Positions 33,989 through 42,781 of a stretch of DNA of 64,000 nt are shown here, one piece after another. Numbering within the stretch: position 1 is the first letter of the stretch; the number at the start of each line of letters is the position of its first letter. Under the pieces are notes generated by a model. That model did not search any database. It was not told the origin of the DNA and saw nothing but the letters and a program-made list of their open reading frames with translations. A program made the translations under genes and the position numbers. The stretch covers positions 368,463 through 432,462 of the forward strand of contig CP065002.1 in NCBI GenBank assembly GCA_016700095.1, written 5' to 3'. This stretch comes from Candidatus Woesebacteria bacterium (GTDB lineage: Bacteria; Patescibacteriota; Microgenomatia; UBA8517).

Positions 33989-34634
33989 GTGATTGAAAGC
34001 GTTTAAAATATAAAATAATTTAATATCATATATAATTCCTAATGACACTTATTGAGCCAATTCCTTTAGCCAATAAAACACGGCTAGCAACAAGCAAACA
34101 AAACACAAGATCCCTCGACTGTCGCTTGAGATGACAATCTAGTAATGTTTGAGACGAAAAACCAAAAACACTCGAGATGATATAGGTTGTTATATTGACC
34201 GTTCCTTTTGTCATTTCGACCAGCTTCATTTTGTTATTCTGAGGTTTCCTTTTGTCATTTCGGCCACAAATGGAGAAACTTAATTACATAACTTCCATTA
34301 ATTGCAAAAACATTGCTTACCTTCGTTTTACCTGTGGGTTTACTTGTTCTTCCTTAGGTGGATGGGAATTGTGATTTACCTGTTTATATCTTTCTATTGG
34401 AATAATCCGACTTCCTTCGTGTCCGCCATCTTGTCGTTTAATAGGATTTTTGCCACGTTTATCACAATACAATGGTTGTCTTGCTAAATCTAAATCTGGT
34501 GTCATATAACCCATAATATCAATTTATGGGAAATAATCAATTCTTGATTGGCTTGTAAAGGTGTAATAAAATCAATTTTTGGTAGCTTATAATATATTTA
34601 ATATTAGTGAGTGAAACGGAGCATTGGTTTGCAT

Positions 34635-34668
34635 GCAGGGTCCAACCCTGCCAGGGTTGGACCCTGCA
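34635..34668. repeat. REP-A inverted doublet (tgcagggtccaaccctg c cagggttggaccctgca)
   Basis: Same 17-nt hairpin unit as at 32705 and 33440, in head-to-head orientation; lies between small ORFs in an intergenic region. Confidence 0.85.
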
Positions 34669-34767
34669 CCCGCACCCCCAGCTTGTATATTTTGTACACT
34701 ATGCGTAATTTGCCTAATTCGTCGTTTGTTTGTAAAATACTGTTTATAAGTGTGAGGAGGTGATTAT

Positions 34768-34935
34768 ATGGAAAAAGATAAAAAAGGAAGAGAATTGACT
34801 CCCGCTCAAAAAGATTTGGCGGCAGTAGATAGACTAGCAGAAAAGGGAACAAAAGTAGTGGTTACCATAGAGACTGATAGTGGTGGTACTATTCACGTAA
34901 ATAGAAATAAAGATAAGGATGGTAACCCTGTCTAA
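34768..34935 (+). CDS. Hypothetical 55-aa protein MEKDKKGRELTPAQKDLAAVDRLAEKGTKVVVTIETDSGGTIHVNRNKDKDGNPV (below the ORF-track cutoff)
   Basis: Strong Shine-Dalgarno GAGGAGGTG 7 nt upstream of the ATG at 34768; clean ORF to TAA at 34933..34935; it follows the REP doublet. Confidence 0.4.
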   Translation: MEKDKKGRELTPAQKDLAAVDRLAEKGTKVVVTIETDSGGTIHVNRNKDKDGNPV

Positions 34936-35115
34936 ATTACTGGTGAATTGAATTATTATACGCTTGTGAAGATAGAGAACTTGCAAAATAATAGATATCA
35001 CGGCGAATTAATAATTAGGTTAATTACTAATGTAGTGTAATTGAAAATGGTGAGTAAGAGTATTCTATGTGATTTATAAGCAATTAAATATTATCTTAAA
35101 CTGTGTGATCTAGTT

Positions 35116-35826
35116 TCAATACCCCCCAAACTTATACGGGATTTTGTTAGCGACCCGTTTCATTTTTAAACAATGAAGCAGAGTGAGGATCGTGTATTGA
35201 CTCATTACCTTAATTACTCCTTCTTTCACAAATCTTCTATCCGAACCCTTGACGTAAGTTTTAAGTATCTTAAATTTGCCTTTTCTACCCAACCGTCGTA
35301 TAAACTCCCAGTCTTCGTATGCATTGTATGTCTCATCAAATCCACCGTGTTTAATTACATGGCTTTTCGTCGTGATGATACACATTCCGGCGCCTGAGGG
35401 TGCAAATTTTTGCGTCACAACAAAAATTGAATTTATAAAAGCAAAGCACAGTTTGATATCGGGGTGTTTTGAGTCCGCCCTGTAATTAGGGCAAGCGATA
35501 TGCAAATCGTGTTTATAAAATTGATGTAATGAATTTTCAATGAATTTTTCATTAATTCTGACATCTGCATCCATAAGAATAATAATTTCACCTGTTGATT
35601 GTGCAATTCCAAAATTCCTTTGGTGTACGACGCCCTTTTTGTGAATGTGGAATATTGGTTTTAGTTTGTGGGTGGTTACGACTTTCTTGGTTTTGTCTAC
35701 CGACTTGGCATCGACGACAATAACTTCATGGGGCAATAGTGTCTGGTTAGATAAATCATCAAGCAAGTTGCCAATATATTTTTCTTCATTCAAAGTGGGT
35801 ATTATGACTGAAATTTTGTGTTTCAT
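35116..35826 (-). CDS. Family 2 glycosyltransferase (CrtQ/CruC-like position in a carotenoid cluster)
   Basis: GT2 N-terminus KISVIIPTLNEEKYIGNLLDDL, VIVVDAKSVDKT and MDADV (DxD-type); overlaps the upstream prenyltransferase by 4 nt. Confidence 0.7.
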   Translation of the reverse strand: MKHKISVIIPTLNEEKYIGNLLDDLSNQTLLPHEVIVVDAKSVDKTKKVVTTHKLKPIFHIHKKGVVHQRNFGIAQSTGEIIILMDADVRINEKFIENSLHQFYKHDLHIACPNYRADSKHPDIKLCFAFINSIFVVTQKFAPSGAGMCIITTKSHVIKHGGFDETYNAYEDWEFIRRLGRKGKFKILKTYVKGSDRRFVKEGVIKVMSQYTILTLLHCLKMKRVANKIPYKFGGY

Positions 35827-36668
35827 AACAAATGCAGAGCGCTTACACTAAACAATAAGAATCCGACAATTAAATTTATGGCGGGGAAGTACCAATATAG
35901 TTTTATATAGTCTTTTTCACTTATCTTAAATGCAAGGAAAGCAATAGAAGGATACGTTAGGCTAACTAAGCTAAGTGTGACTGGCATATTTATATAAAAC
36001 AAAATGAAACTAGTAAGTGACCAGAATAAAACACACAAAATGATCGCGTTTTTTCTACCTAGAAATACAGCCGTTGTTTTTAATTGTGCATTTTTGTCTG
36101 CCTTGATGTCAGGAATTGCCGAGAATATATGCATAGCAAATGCCCAGAAAGAGGCTGCCAAAATTATTAGAAGTGGTGGATATGTATTTGTATTTTGGAA
36201 GTATCCGACAAGCCCCGGAGTGATATATAAAAAATTTGCACCAAAATCCAGAAACGGTCTTGCCTTTAGTCTAAATGGGGAAGCGGAATAAAGATAAGAA
36301 AGAGCTAGAAAAAGCGACAATGACATCATCGAAAGGAATGATGTTTGGATAATTAGTGTAACAATTCCAATCAAAAAACAGTACAAGGTAGCTCGAGAAA
36401 GTAATTTGTCTTTTTGGCTGGCGACAAATTCTTTGCCTTTCTTTTTTACCGAATATTTATCGGTATCCGAGTCGTATAAATCATTTATGCCATAGAGGAA
36501 TAAATTTGCGGGTAACGTAAAAAAAATAAATGTTAAAAGAAAAGTCAAACTTAGAAAATCAGCTTTGTTTGCGACAGATGTAAACCCCACAAGGTAAGTT
36601 CCCAGAAGATATGGATAAAAACGCGGACGAGAAATGTAGACTAACTTGCCGAATTTAGATTTTGCCAT
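35823..36668 (-). CDS. UbiA-family integral-membrane prenyltransferase (lycopene elongase / carotenoid-modifying type by context)
   Basis: Polytopic membrane protein with the aspartate-rich motif NDLYDSDTD (NDxxDxxxD); co-oriented and overlapping with crtB and GT2. Confidence 0.6.
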   Translation of the reverse strand: MAKSKFGKLVYISRPRFYPYLLGTYLVGFTSVANKADFLSLTFLLTFIFFTLPANLFLYGINDLYDSDTDKYSVKKKGKEFVASQKDKLLSRATLYCFLIGIVTLIIQTSFLSMMSLSLFLALSYLYSASPFRLKARPFLDFGANFLYITPGLVGYFQNTNTYPPLLIILAASFWAFAMHIFSAIPDIKADKNAQLKTTAVFLGRKNAIILCVLFWSLTSFILFYINMPVTLSLVSLTYPSIAFLAFKISEKDYIKLYWYFPAINLIVGFLLFSVSALHLL

Positions 36669-37629
36669 GTTTGATGGATACGTGTTTAATTCCGGCGCAC
36701 CAATAGCCGATTGCGGGTAACTGGCAAATAGTGTTTCTAATTAAACATAATATTACTTTAGAGGGTGACGGTTTTACTACTTTCTCAAAAACGATTAAAG
36801 GATTTTTGTAAATTACTTGTGCGGTCCAATCATACATATCTGATGATGTCATGATGGGAATAAGAAGCCGTGGTGGAATATAACGGTAACCTTCCTTTGC
36901 TTTGACCATCCATGTCTTGTAGATATCAATCTGCGCACGGATTAGGGTGACGAATTTTTGCTCGTCGGTAGTATTTGTAGGCCTAGTTAAATTACTAAGA
37001 CCGTATTTTTTTATTTCAGAAAGGGGAATGTAAATTCGCTTGAGTGAGTTATCAGTCGATACATCACGGATAATATTTAAATATTGATAAGCTCGTCCAA
37101 GCATTTTGGCCGATTCATGGCTAGATTGGGGTAGTGACATTATTTGTGCCATCATTAGACCGATTACTTCGGCTGAGCCGTACATATACTTTTTGATTTG
37201 AGGAAAGTCACTACACACGTTTCCATTAAAATCCGCTCTCATCGAATCAAGAAAAGCATCAACCCACCTCTTGTTGAAGTTTCTTCGTCGCGTGAGTTTA
37301 ATGAAATTGTCTATCACTAAGTCATTACAGATCTTCTGTGATTTGTAAGCTTTTTCAAATTTCTTTCTAAAGGAAGTAAAACCGTCTCTGTTTTGATTTT
37401 TACTATCAACAAAATTGTCGGCAATTCTTACAAAAGCATATAAATTAAATACATCTTCACGAACCGATTTGGGAAAAAATAAACTTGACCAATAATAAGT
37501 TACGCTTCCTTTTTTGAAAATACCCTTAATCCTTTTGTGTATCATATTTTTTAATTCTGTCGCGAACCAAGTGAGATGATACAATCGCCGGTGGAACTCC
37601 GATTCCGGGGACAGTGTTGGCTCCGGCAA
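36655..37629 (-). CDS. crtB: Phytoene/squalene synthase family (CrtB-like)
   Basis: Motif LYAFVRIADNFVDS (cf. YAFCRxADDxVD), and a second Asp-rich/conserved region (...YQYLNIIRDV...IYIP). The longest ORF overlaps crtI by about 100 nt, so the true start is probably the internal Met near 37545. Confidence 0.7.
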   Translation of the reverse strand: MPEPTLSPESEFHRRLYHLTWFATELKNMIHKRIKGIFKKGSVTYYWSSLFFPKSVREDVFNLYAFVRIADNFVDSKNQNRDGFTSFRKKFEKAYKSQKICNDLVIDNFIKLTRRRNFNKRWVDAFLDSMRADFNGNVCSDFPQIKKYMYGSAEVIGLMMAQIMSLPQSSHESAKMLGRAYQYLNIIRDVSTDNSLKRIYIPLSEIKKYGLSNLTRPTNTTDEQKFVTLIRAQIDIYKTWMVKAKEGYRYIPPRLLIPIMTSSDMYDWTAQVIYKNPLIVFEKVVKPSPSKVILCLIRNTICQLPAIGYWCAGIKHVSIKHGKI

Positions 37630-39022
37630 AGAATAGATTATTTAGCTTCTTGCTTTTGTTTGTTGGTCGAAATATGGAAGACTGGAAAAGAGTGTGTGCC
37701 AATCCACCAAGGGCATTTCCGCCAGTGCTATTGTACCTTGAAGTAAAATCACTTACAGAAAAGATTTTTTTGTAAACAATGTTTTTCGCAATGTTTGTGC
37801 CTATTTTGTCGTCTATAAAATTAACAATGTAATTTGAGTAACTTTCTTTCCACATCTTATTTTCTTCTAACCCCGCGGCAATTGGAACTAAGACCATCAG
37901 ATTTTCGTGTCCTTTGGGAGCTACCTTGTCATCGGTCGCCGAAGTTTTATTTATATAAAAACTTGGGTTAGTTGGCCAGGTGGGAGTATCAAATATTTCT
38001 CTAAAATGTGCCTTCCAGTCTGATCCGAAATACAAAGTGTGATGAATTAGCTGTGGAAGTTTTCCCTTAACGCCAAGATAGAGTAAAAAAGCTGAGGGAG
38101 TAAGTATTTTTTTATCCCAATATTTGTCAGAGTAGGTGCGATAATTTTCATTGTCGATTAGACTTTCCGTAAACTTGTAATCGGCATTTGAGATGACAAT
38201 GTCATAAGCGACTTTTTTACCGTTTGTTTTAATGTGTGTAACTAACCCTTCATGAGTAATGATTTCTGTGACAGGGGAGTTGTAATGGTAAGTTACATTG
38301 TATTTTTTGCCTAATTTCACTAGACTTCTGACAATTTCGTAAATTCCACCTTTCGGATAAAAAACCCCAAGACCAAAGTCGGCATGTGCCATCATGGAAA
38401 AAAGCGCAGGTGCGTTGTCGGGGGAGCATCCTAAAAACACGATGTTGTAAGTTAGTATTTGCTGTATTTTTGGATTCTTAAAATATTTTGCGATATGGTT
38501 TTTGATAGGGAGAAAGTTTTGTACACCAAATGACTTGTTTATCAAATCTTTACTGAAAAGATCAAGCGGATTATCAGCGTTTTTATAAAGTATCGAATTT
38601 AATGCAATTTCATACTTAATTTTTGAATCGGCTAAATATTCGTCAAACTTTTTTGCTGCCCCTTTTTCTAAATTCTCAAATATCTGTTTGGTTTTTCCGA
38701 TATTCTCGGACATGTCGTAAAATTCTTTGTTTTCAAAGTAGACGCGGTACTGCGGATCAAGCGGAGTGAGTTTGAGTACATCGGACAGTTTCAAGCCAAA
38801 CTCAGCGTAATATTTCTCAAAGACATCGGGCATCATAAACCAAGACGGACCCATGTCAAAAGTAAAGCCCTTTTCTTTGTACAAACTTGCTCTGCCGCCT
38901 AATTGTTCATTTTTTTCGTAGACGTCAACTTTGTAGCCATCTTTAGCTAGCAGTGCAGCTGAGGCTAGACCTCCAATTCCTGAACCGATTATTGCAATTG
39001 TTTTGTGTGTATTTTTCGACAT
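37526..39022 (-). CDS. crtI: Phytoene desaturase-family FAD-dependent oxidoreductase (CrtI-like)
   Basis: N-terminal FAD fold KTIAIIGSGIGGLASAALLAKDGYKVDVYEKNEQLGGRA, and a C-terminal GANTVPGIGVPPAIVSSHL typical of CrtI; 498 aa. Confidence 0.8.
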   Translation of the reverse strand: MSKNTHKTIAIIGSGIGGLASAALLAKDGYKVDVYEKNEQLGGRASLYKEKGFTFDMGPSWFMMPDVFEKYYAEFGLKLSDVLKLTPLDPQYRVYFENKEFYDMSENIGKTKQIFENLEKGAAKKFDEYLADSKIKYEIALNSILYKNADNPLDLFSKDLINKSFGVQNFLPIKNHIAKYFKNPKIQQILTYNIVFLGCSPDNAPALFSMMAHADFGLGVFYPKGGIYEIVRSLVKLGKKYNVTYHYNSPVTEIITHEGLVTHIKTNGKKVAYDIVISNADYKFTESLIDNENYRTYSDKYWDKKILTPSAFLLYLGVKGKLPQLIHHTLYFGSDWKAHFREIFDTPTWPTNPSFYINKTSATDDKVAPKGHENLMVLVPIAAGLEENKMWKESYSNYIVNFIDDKIGTNIAKNIVYKKIFSVSDFTSRYNSTGGNALGGLAHTLFQSSIFRPTNKSKKLNNLFFAGANTVPGIGVPPAIVSSHLVRDRIKKYDTQKD

Positions 39023-39208
39023 AGTTGCTAATTAAATTATTAATATATGTTACACCGAATGACCCGGACAAATAAACAGAGTTTGTAAGGTAGAGATGAC
39101 GTTTTAATATTGACCTTATTTTACTTCTCGCAAATTAATAGCATTATGGCTTAATTTACGATGTAAGTCTTTAATTTAAAAAATCCACGACGATTAAGCA
39201 GTGCGTAT

Positions 39209-39258
39209 TTCCAACCCCGGGGGTTGGAACAGCCTCAAAACAACCCCGGGGGTTGGAA
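39209..39258. repeat. REP-B element: palindrome ttccaaccccgggggttggaa + 11-nt spacer + caaccccgggggttggaa
   Basis: Near-perfect palindromic 21-mer (stem ttccaacccc/ggggttggaa) repeated after cagcctcaaaa. An almost identical 50-nt element is at 63662..63711. Its end lies 8 nt from the 3' end of tRNA-Pro. Confidence 0.85.
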
Positions 39259-39266
39259 ATTTTGTG

Positions 39267-39338
39267 TCGGGGACCCGGGAATCGAACCCGGAGTCTCTCG
39301 ATCCCGAACCGAGCGCTCTACCATTAAGCCAGTCCCCG
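39267..39338 (-). tRNA. tRNA-Pro (anticodon CGG)
   Basis: Manual fold of the reverse complement: acceptor CGGGGAC/GTCCCCG (C1:G72, A73, typical of bacterial tRNA-Pro); D stem GCTT/GAGC; anticodon stem CTCGG/TCGAG with loop TTCGGGA; T arm CCGGG-TTCGATT-CCCGG; 72 nt; CCA not encoded. Confidence 0.85.
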
Positions 39339-39419
39339 TACAACAACTAATTATACAGTAATTAGAAATTGGATTACTTATAATCTTTACTATTTGATTT
39401 TATTTGTTACAATTCTCAT

Positions 39420-39617
39420 ATGAGCGTTGCTTGTGAAAATAAAGACACTTGTACTTATTACGGGTCTCAGCGTGAACGGGCGCGTATACAAGCGAAGTAT
39501 CTATTTGACCGATCCGGAAAACCAGACGAACCAGTAACTGTTAACTTTAGATGTGCTAACTCGGAATACTGTAGTCAATCTGGATCAGTTACATATCCCA
39601 AGCCCGAGGCGCAATAA
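39420..39617 (+). CDS. Hypothetical small Cys-containing protein
   Basis: 65 aa, directly upstream of rsmI; no family recognised. Confidence 0.3.
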   Translation: MSVACENKDTCTYYGSQRERARIQAKYLFDRSGKPDEPVTVNFRCANSEYCSQSGSVTYPKPEAQ

Positions 39618-39646
39618 AAACACCTTCGATAATATTTTGATTAGTA

Positions 39647-40369
39647 ATGTTTGATATAATCTTCGTTATGAAAGATATTCCCGTTAACTTTGGCAAACTT
39701 TACATAGTCGCTACGCCGATAGGGAATTTGGCAGATATTTCAAACCGGGCAATTGATGTACTCAAAAACGTTAATTACATTTTGGCTGAGGACACGAGAG
39801 TGACGGCAAAACTTCTTAACCGCTTTGATATTGACCAAAGATTAGTTAGTTTTCACCAACATACACCAGAACAGAAATATCTATCAGTACTCAAAGATTT
39901 AATTGACGGCAAAAACATTGCCTTTGTTACCGATGCTGGTACTCCCGGAGTTAGTGATCCGGGCAATGAATTGATATCTTATTTAATAGAGAAGGAGTCT
40001 TTGATACAGATAACTGCAATACCTGGAGCATCTTCTTTGACTGCGGCATTGTCGATTTGTGGGTTTGATACCACGCACGTTGTTTTCGTAGGTTTTATGC
40101 CCAAAAAGCATCAGAAACAAATTTACGACACGGTGAAATTAAGTGGTTATGCACTTTGTTTTTATGAGACGTCAGGGAGAATAATCAAAACACTTGACAG
40201 AATGATGGCAGAGTTTGGAGAAGAAAGAAACGTCTTTGTGGGCAGGGAACTGACCAAAATGTACGAAGAGACGTATCGGGGAAGTCTGATGGAAGTTAAA
40301 TTGCAGATTGAAAAATCTGTACAAAAGGGAGAAATTGTGGTTGTTTTGGATAAAGGGAGGAAAATGTAG
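39647..40369 (+). CDS. rsmI: 16S rRNA (cytidine1402-2'-O)-methyltransferase RsmI (tetrapyrrole-methylase fold)
   Basis: LYIVATPIGNLADISNRAIDVLKNVNYILAEDTRVTAKLL...VTDAGTPGVSDPG; likely start at the internal Met (39668). Confidence 0.8.
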   Translation: MFDIIFVMKDIPVNFGKLYIVATPIGNLADISNRAIDVLKNVNYILAEDTRVTAKLLNRFDIDQRLVSFHQHTPEQKYLSVLKDLIDGKNIAFVTDAGTPGVSDPGNELISYLIEKESLIQITAIPGASSLTAALSICGFDTTHVVFVGFMPKKHQKQIYDTVKLSGYALCFYETSGRIIKTLDRMMAEFGEERNVFVGRELTKMYEETYRGSLMEVKLQIEKSVQKGEIVVVLDKGRKM

Positions 40370-40601
40370 AGTTTAGCAATTAGAATTTAGAGTTTGGGAA
40401 TTAGAAATTGAGAGTAAAATAGTGCAATTAGAGTAATTAGATACTATTAATCACAAAGGTGGTACCCTTTAGATAAATAATTTGGAGTACTGAATTTATA
40501 GCGGATTCAAAGAAGTTCTGGGGTCAGACAAAGTACTTAATTTCTTCCTTCTTGCAATAATGTTTCTGAGAAATTAGAATACAATCTTGTGACAAAATTA
40601 A

Positions 40602-40805
40602 ATGGTAAATATAGAATTATTGGCCAAACAAGGGCAAAAAGCTGATGAATATGCGCAAAGAGTAACAACCCGCAAAGGACCTGGTGACCCTGTTCCTGGA
40701 AAAGATTTCCTTAGATTATCTGATCGAGACGCACGCAGGAAAACCGGTTTAACTACGATAGAGAAAGTAGAACCTAATGTTATAATTTTTAGAAGCCCCA
40801 AGTAA
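40602..40805 (+). CDS. Hypothetical small basic protein
   Basis: 67 aa; a 67-aa minus-strand ORF overlaps the same span, so orientation is uncertain. Confidence 0.25.
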   Translation: MVNIELLAKQGQKADEYAQRVTTRKGPGDPVPGKDFLRLSDRDARRKTGLTTIEKVEPNVIIFRSPK

Positions 40806-40859
40806 TTCTTGTTAATAATTTACGACAATAATTATTCATTAATTGAATTTGCAATCTTA

Positions 40860-40875
40860 CCAGGGCTGGACCCTG
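40860..40875. repeat. Degenerate single REP-A copy (ccagggctggaccctg, 1 mismatch)
   Basis: Matches cagggttggaccctg except t->c; marks the left edge of the higher-GC island. Confidence 0.6.
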
Positions 40876-41143
40876 TAATTCTGCTATACCTGTAATCTTG
40901 AAAAACGCTAGAGATTTAATATTTGTTTATTTAAACTTCCCGAAAACCGTGGATGATTAGACCACGGATGAAGGGAAGCAGGAAACAAACTTTTCGAAGA
41001 AAATCGAGGGTTCTCAATTTGTTTATTATCGACTAGAAGGTCTAGATTACTTAGGCCAAGTGATGTCGCTAGTGATAGATATTAAAGCAGTAATAAATCT
41101 TGTGTAGTTACTAGCCACAAACGGGACTTGATTTTCGAGTTTC

Positions 41144-41362
41144 GTGTTTTGTATAATTCGCTTTATGACTATTTCAGAAAATGGTAGACAAGCCATTTTG
41201 GTTTATAAAGATGGGCGATTACCAAAAGTCAAAGGTGTCCCGCAGTTGAGATGGACACCTGAAGTAATAAAAAATTTTACAATCTCAACTGAATTTAACA
41301 TGGAAGATAGAGGTCCTAATAGTGATTTTCAACCTAGAATAAGTGGTGAAGAGAGATATTGA
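41144..41362 (+). CDS. Hypothetical small protein
   Basis: 72 aa; probably starts at the internal MTISENG; no family recognised. Confidence 0.3.
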   Translation: MFCIIRFMTISENGRQAILVYKDGRLPKVKGVPQLRWTPEVIKNFTISTEFNMEDRGPNSDFQPRISGEERY

Positions 41363-41384
41363 TTATTTGTAGTACAATAGATAT

Positions 41385-41564
41385 ATGGCACAAGAAACTA
41401 TAGAACCAGATGTTTGGACACCTGTTGTGAAGACAGCGCAACAAATAGGTGAAGCCATTAAAGATACATTGGAAATTAAACCGCATATTGGAACCGGTAA
41501 AGCCGGGAAAAGGAGTGAAAAAGTACCAGCCCCCGAGGTGAAATTACCTGGACAAAAGCAATAG
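41385..41564 (+). CDS. Hypothetical 59-aa protein (MAQETIEPDVWTPVVKTAQQIGEAIKDTLEIKPHIGTGKAGKRSEKVPAPEVKLPGQKQ)
   Basis: Hand-translated; co-oriented with its neighbours. The competing minus ORF 41363..41569 is probably a shadow. Confidence 0.2.
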   Translation: MAQETIEPDVWTPVVKTAQQIGEAIKDTLEIKPHIGTGKAGKRSEKVPAPEVKLPGQKQ

Positions 41565-41763
41565 ATCAATCTCGATTATTTGCACTAGGCTTCAAATTGG
41601 AAATTGTAATAATCAAGGTAAAGGTAAAAAAACTCCAACCACATCACGCTTGGGTCCCAAACCGCCAGAGAACCGACAACGTTGAGGTTGATGGAATTTA
41701 AAGCCTATTAGCGCTAAATTGTACTTCCAATAATTCTGATATATAATATGCTCCTATAGTAAT

Positions 41764-42240
41764 ATGATTGAAAGACCGGTACAGGATTTGCCAAATTATA
41801 ATCAGACACCCCCTTTTGAACCTATTGTAGTCGAAGTAGGAGTAACAGGTGGTGACTTAGTCAGATATGAACGCTTATGTGAACCTACACCTGATATGCG
41901 TGGACCGATATCCTATCTATCAAATGCACAACCCCATGCCACTGTTTCCATGGAGATGCATGACTTTTCGAGTCTGTCCGTGAAGGCTCCAACAGCAGGT
42001 TTTGTAAATATGGACTCACACGCAAGTCCTGTTTTACAGGATCAAGAACCCATGACAATGTGGGAATTTGCACAAGTGGTGGGGAAACTTGGCGTAAATG
42101 GATTAGTCAGACTTGTACAAAAGGGTATGGGTAGTTACGAAAAACACAAAGATATTTGGTTGACTGTGGGTGCGATTAGTGCTGGTAGTGTTGCCTTTAA
42201 ATGGTTCTTGAGAAAAATGCACGGCATGGCTTGGGAATAA
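41764..42240 (+). CDS. Hypothetical protein with a C-terminal hydrophobic segment
   Basis: 158 aa; C-terminus ...IWLTVGAISAGSVAFKWFL; GC noticeably higher than the flanking genome. Confidence 0.45.
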   Translation: MIERPVQDLPNYNQTPPFEPIVVEVGVTGGDLVRYERLCEPTPDMRGPISYLSNAQPHATVSMEMHDFSSLSVKAPTAGFVNMDSHASPVLQDQEPMTMWEFAQVVGKLGVNGLVRLVQKGMGSYEKHKDIWLTVGAISAGSVAFKWFLRKMHGMAWE

Positions 42241-42243
42241 TAT

Positions 42244-42777
42244 ATGAAAGATAGATCGCCTTTGATTAATTTTTTCGGAAATGTAACTGCGTTGGCAACA
42301 TACGGTGTTGGTGTTTTTTTTGGTACTGATACCCAAGTTTCCCAACAACCACCCTATGGAAGTGAACCACAAGTAACACACCAAGTGGGACAAGTAGAAC
42401 AATTGCAAGATTGCACGTTAGGGAATTTAAATCCTGGGGCTCAGTCGGTATTTCTGTCGTGGATGGACGTTGTTGGCAGAGATGGTATGCAACGTATTAT
42501 TCAAAATGGAGGGCTTCCGACAATGGGAGGCGATTCTGCCGAAAAATGTCCACGAGAAGAAACGATTGATTTGACCGTGGATGATTTTCTTGCGGGTGTG
42601 GATGATCGTGAGATGGCTGCATTACATAATCAGTTAGAACAAAACAAACCCATTGTGACAACAGATGGAAAACGGGAACCGTTATTCCCCCCTTTCTTTG
42701 GGTTGGGTATGGCATTTGCTTGTGGAGGATTAATATATATAGGACTAAAGGTCCGACAAAGTGAAGGAGATTATTAA
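42244..42777 (+). CDS. Novel tail-anchored protein, paralog 1 (FGTDxQVSQQPPYGSEPQ family)
   Basis: MKDR...YGVGVFFGTDTQVSQQPPYGSEPQ...IIQNGGLPTMGGDSAEKC...GLGMAFACGGLIYIGLKV (C-terminal TM); 177 aa. Confidence 0.55.
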   Translation: MKDRSPLINFFGNVTALATYGVGVFFGTDTQVSQQPPYGSEPQVTHQVGQVEQLQDCTLGNLNPGAQSVFLSWMDVVGRDGMQRIIQNGGLPTMGGDSAEKCPREETIDLTVDDFLAGVDDREMAALHNQLEQNKPIVTTDGKREPLFPPFFGLGMAFACGGLIYIGLKVRQSEGDY

Positions 42778-42781
42778 TAAT

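Noticed and set aside
40380-40460. AATTAGA-rich low-complexity stretch after rsmI, and the ATATCAAA/ATATTAAA-rich stretch at 59760..59900, considered as structured repeats
   Set aside because: Short AT-only motifs without fixed period; most likely compositional low complexity in AT-rich intergenic DNA.
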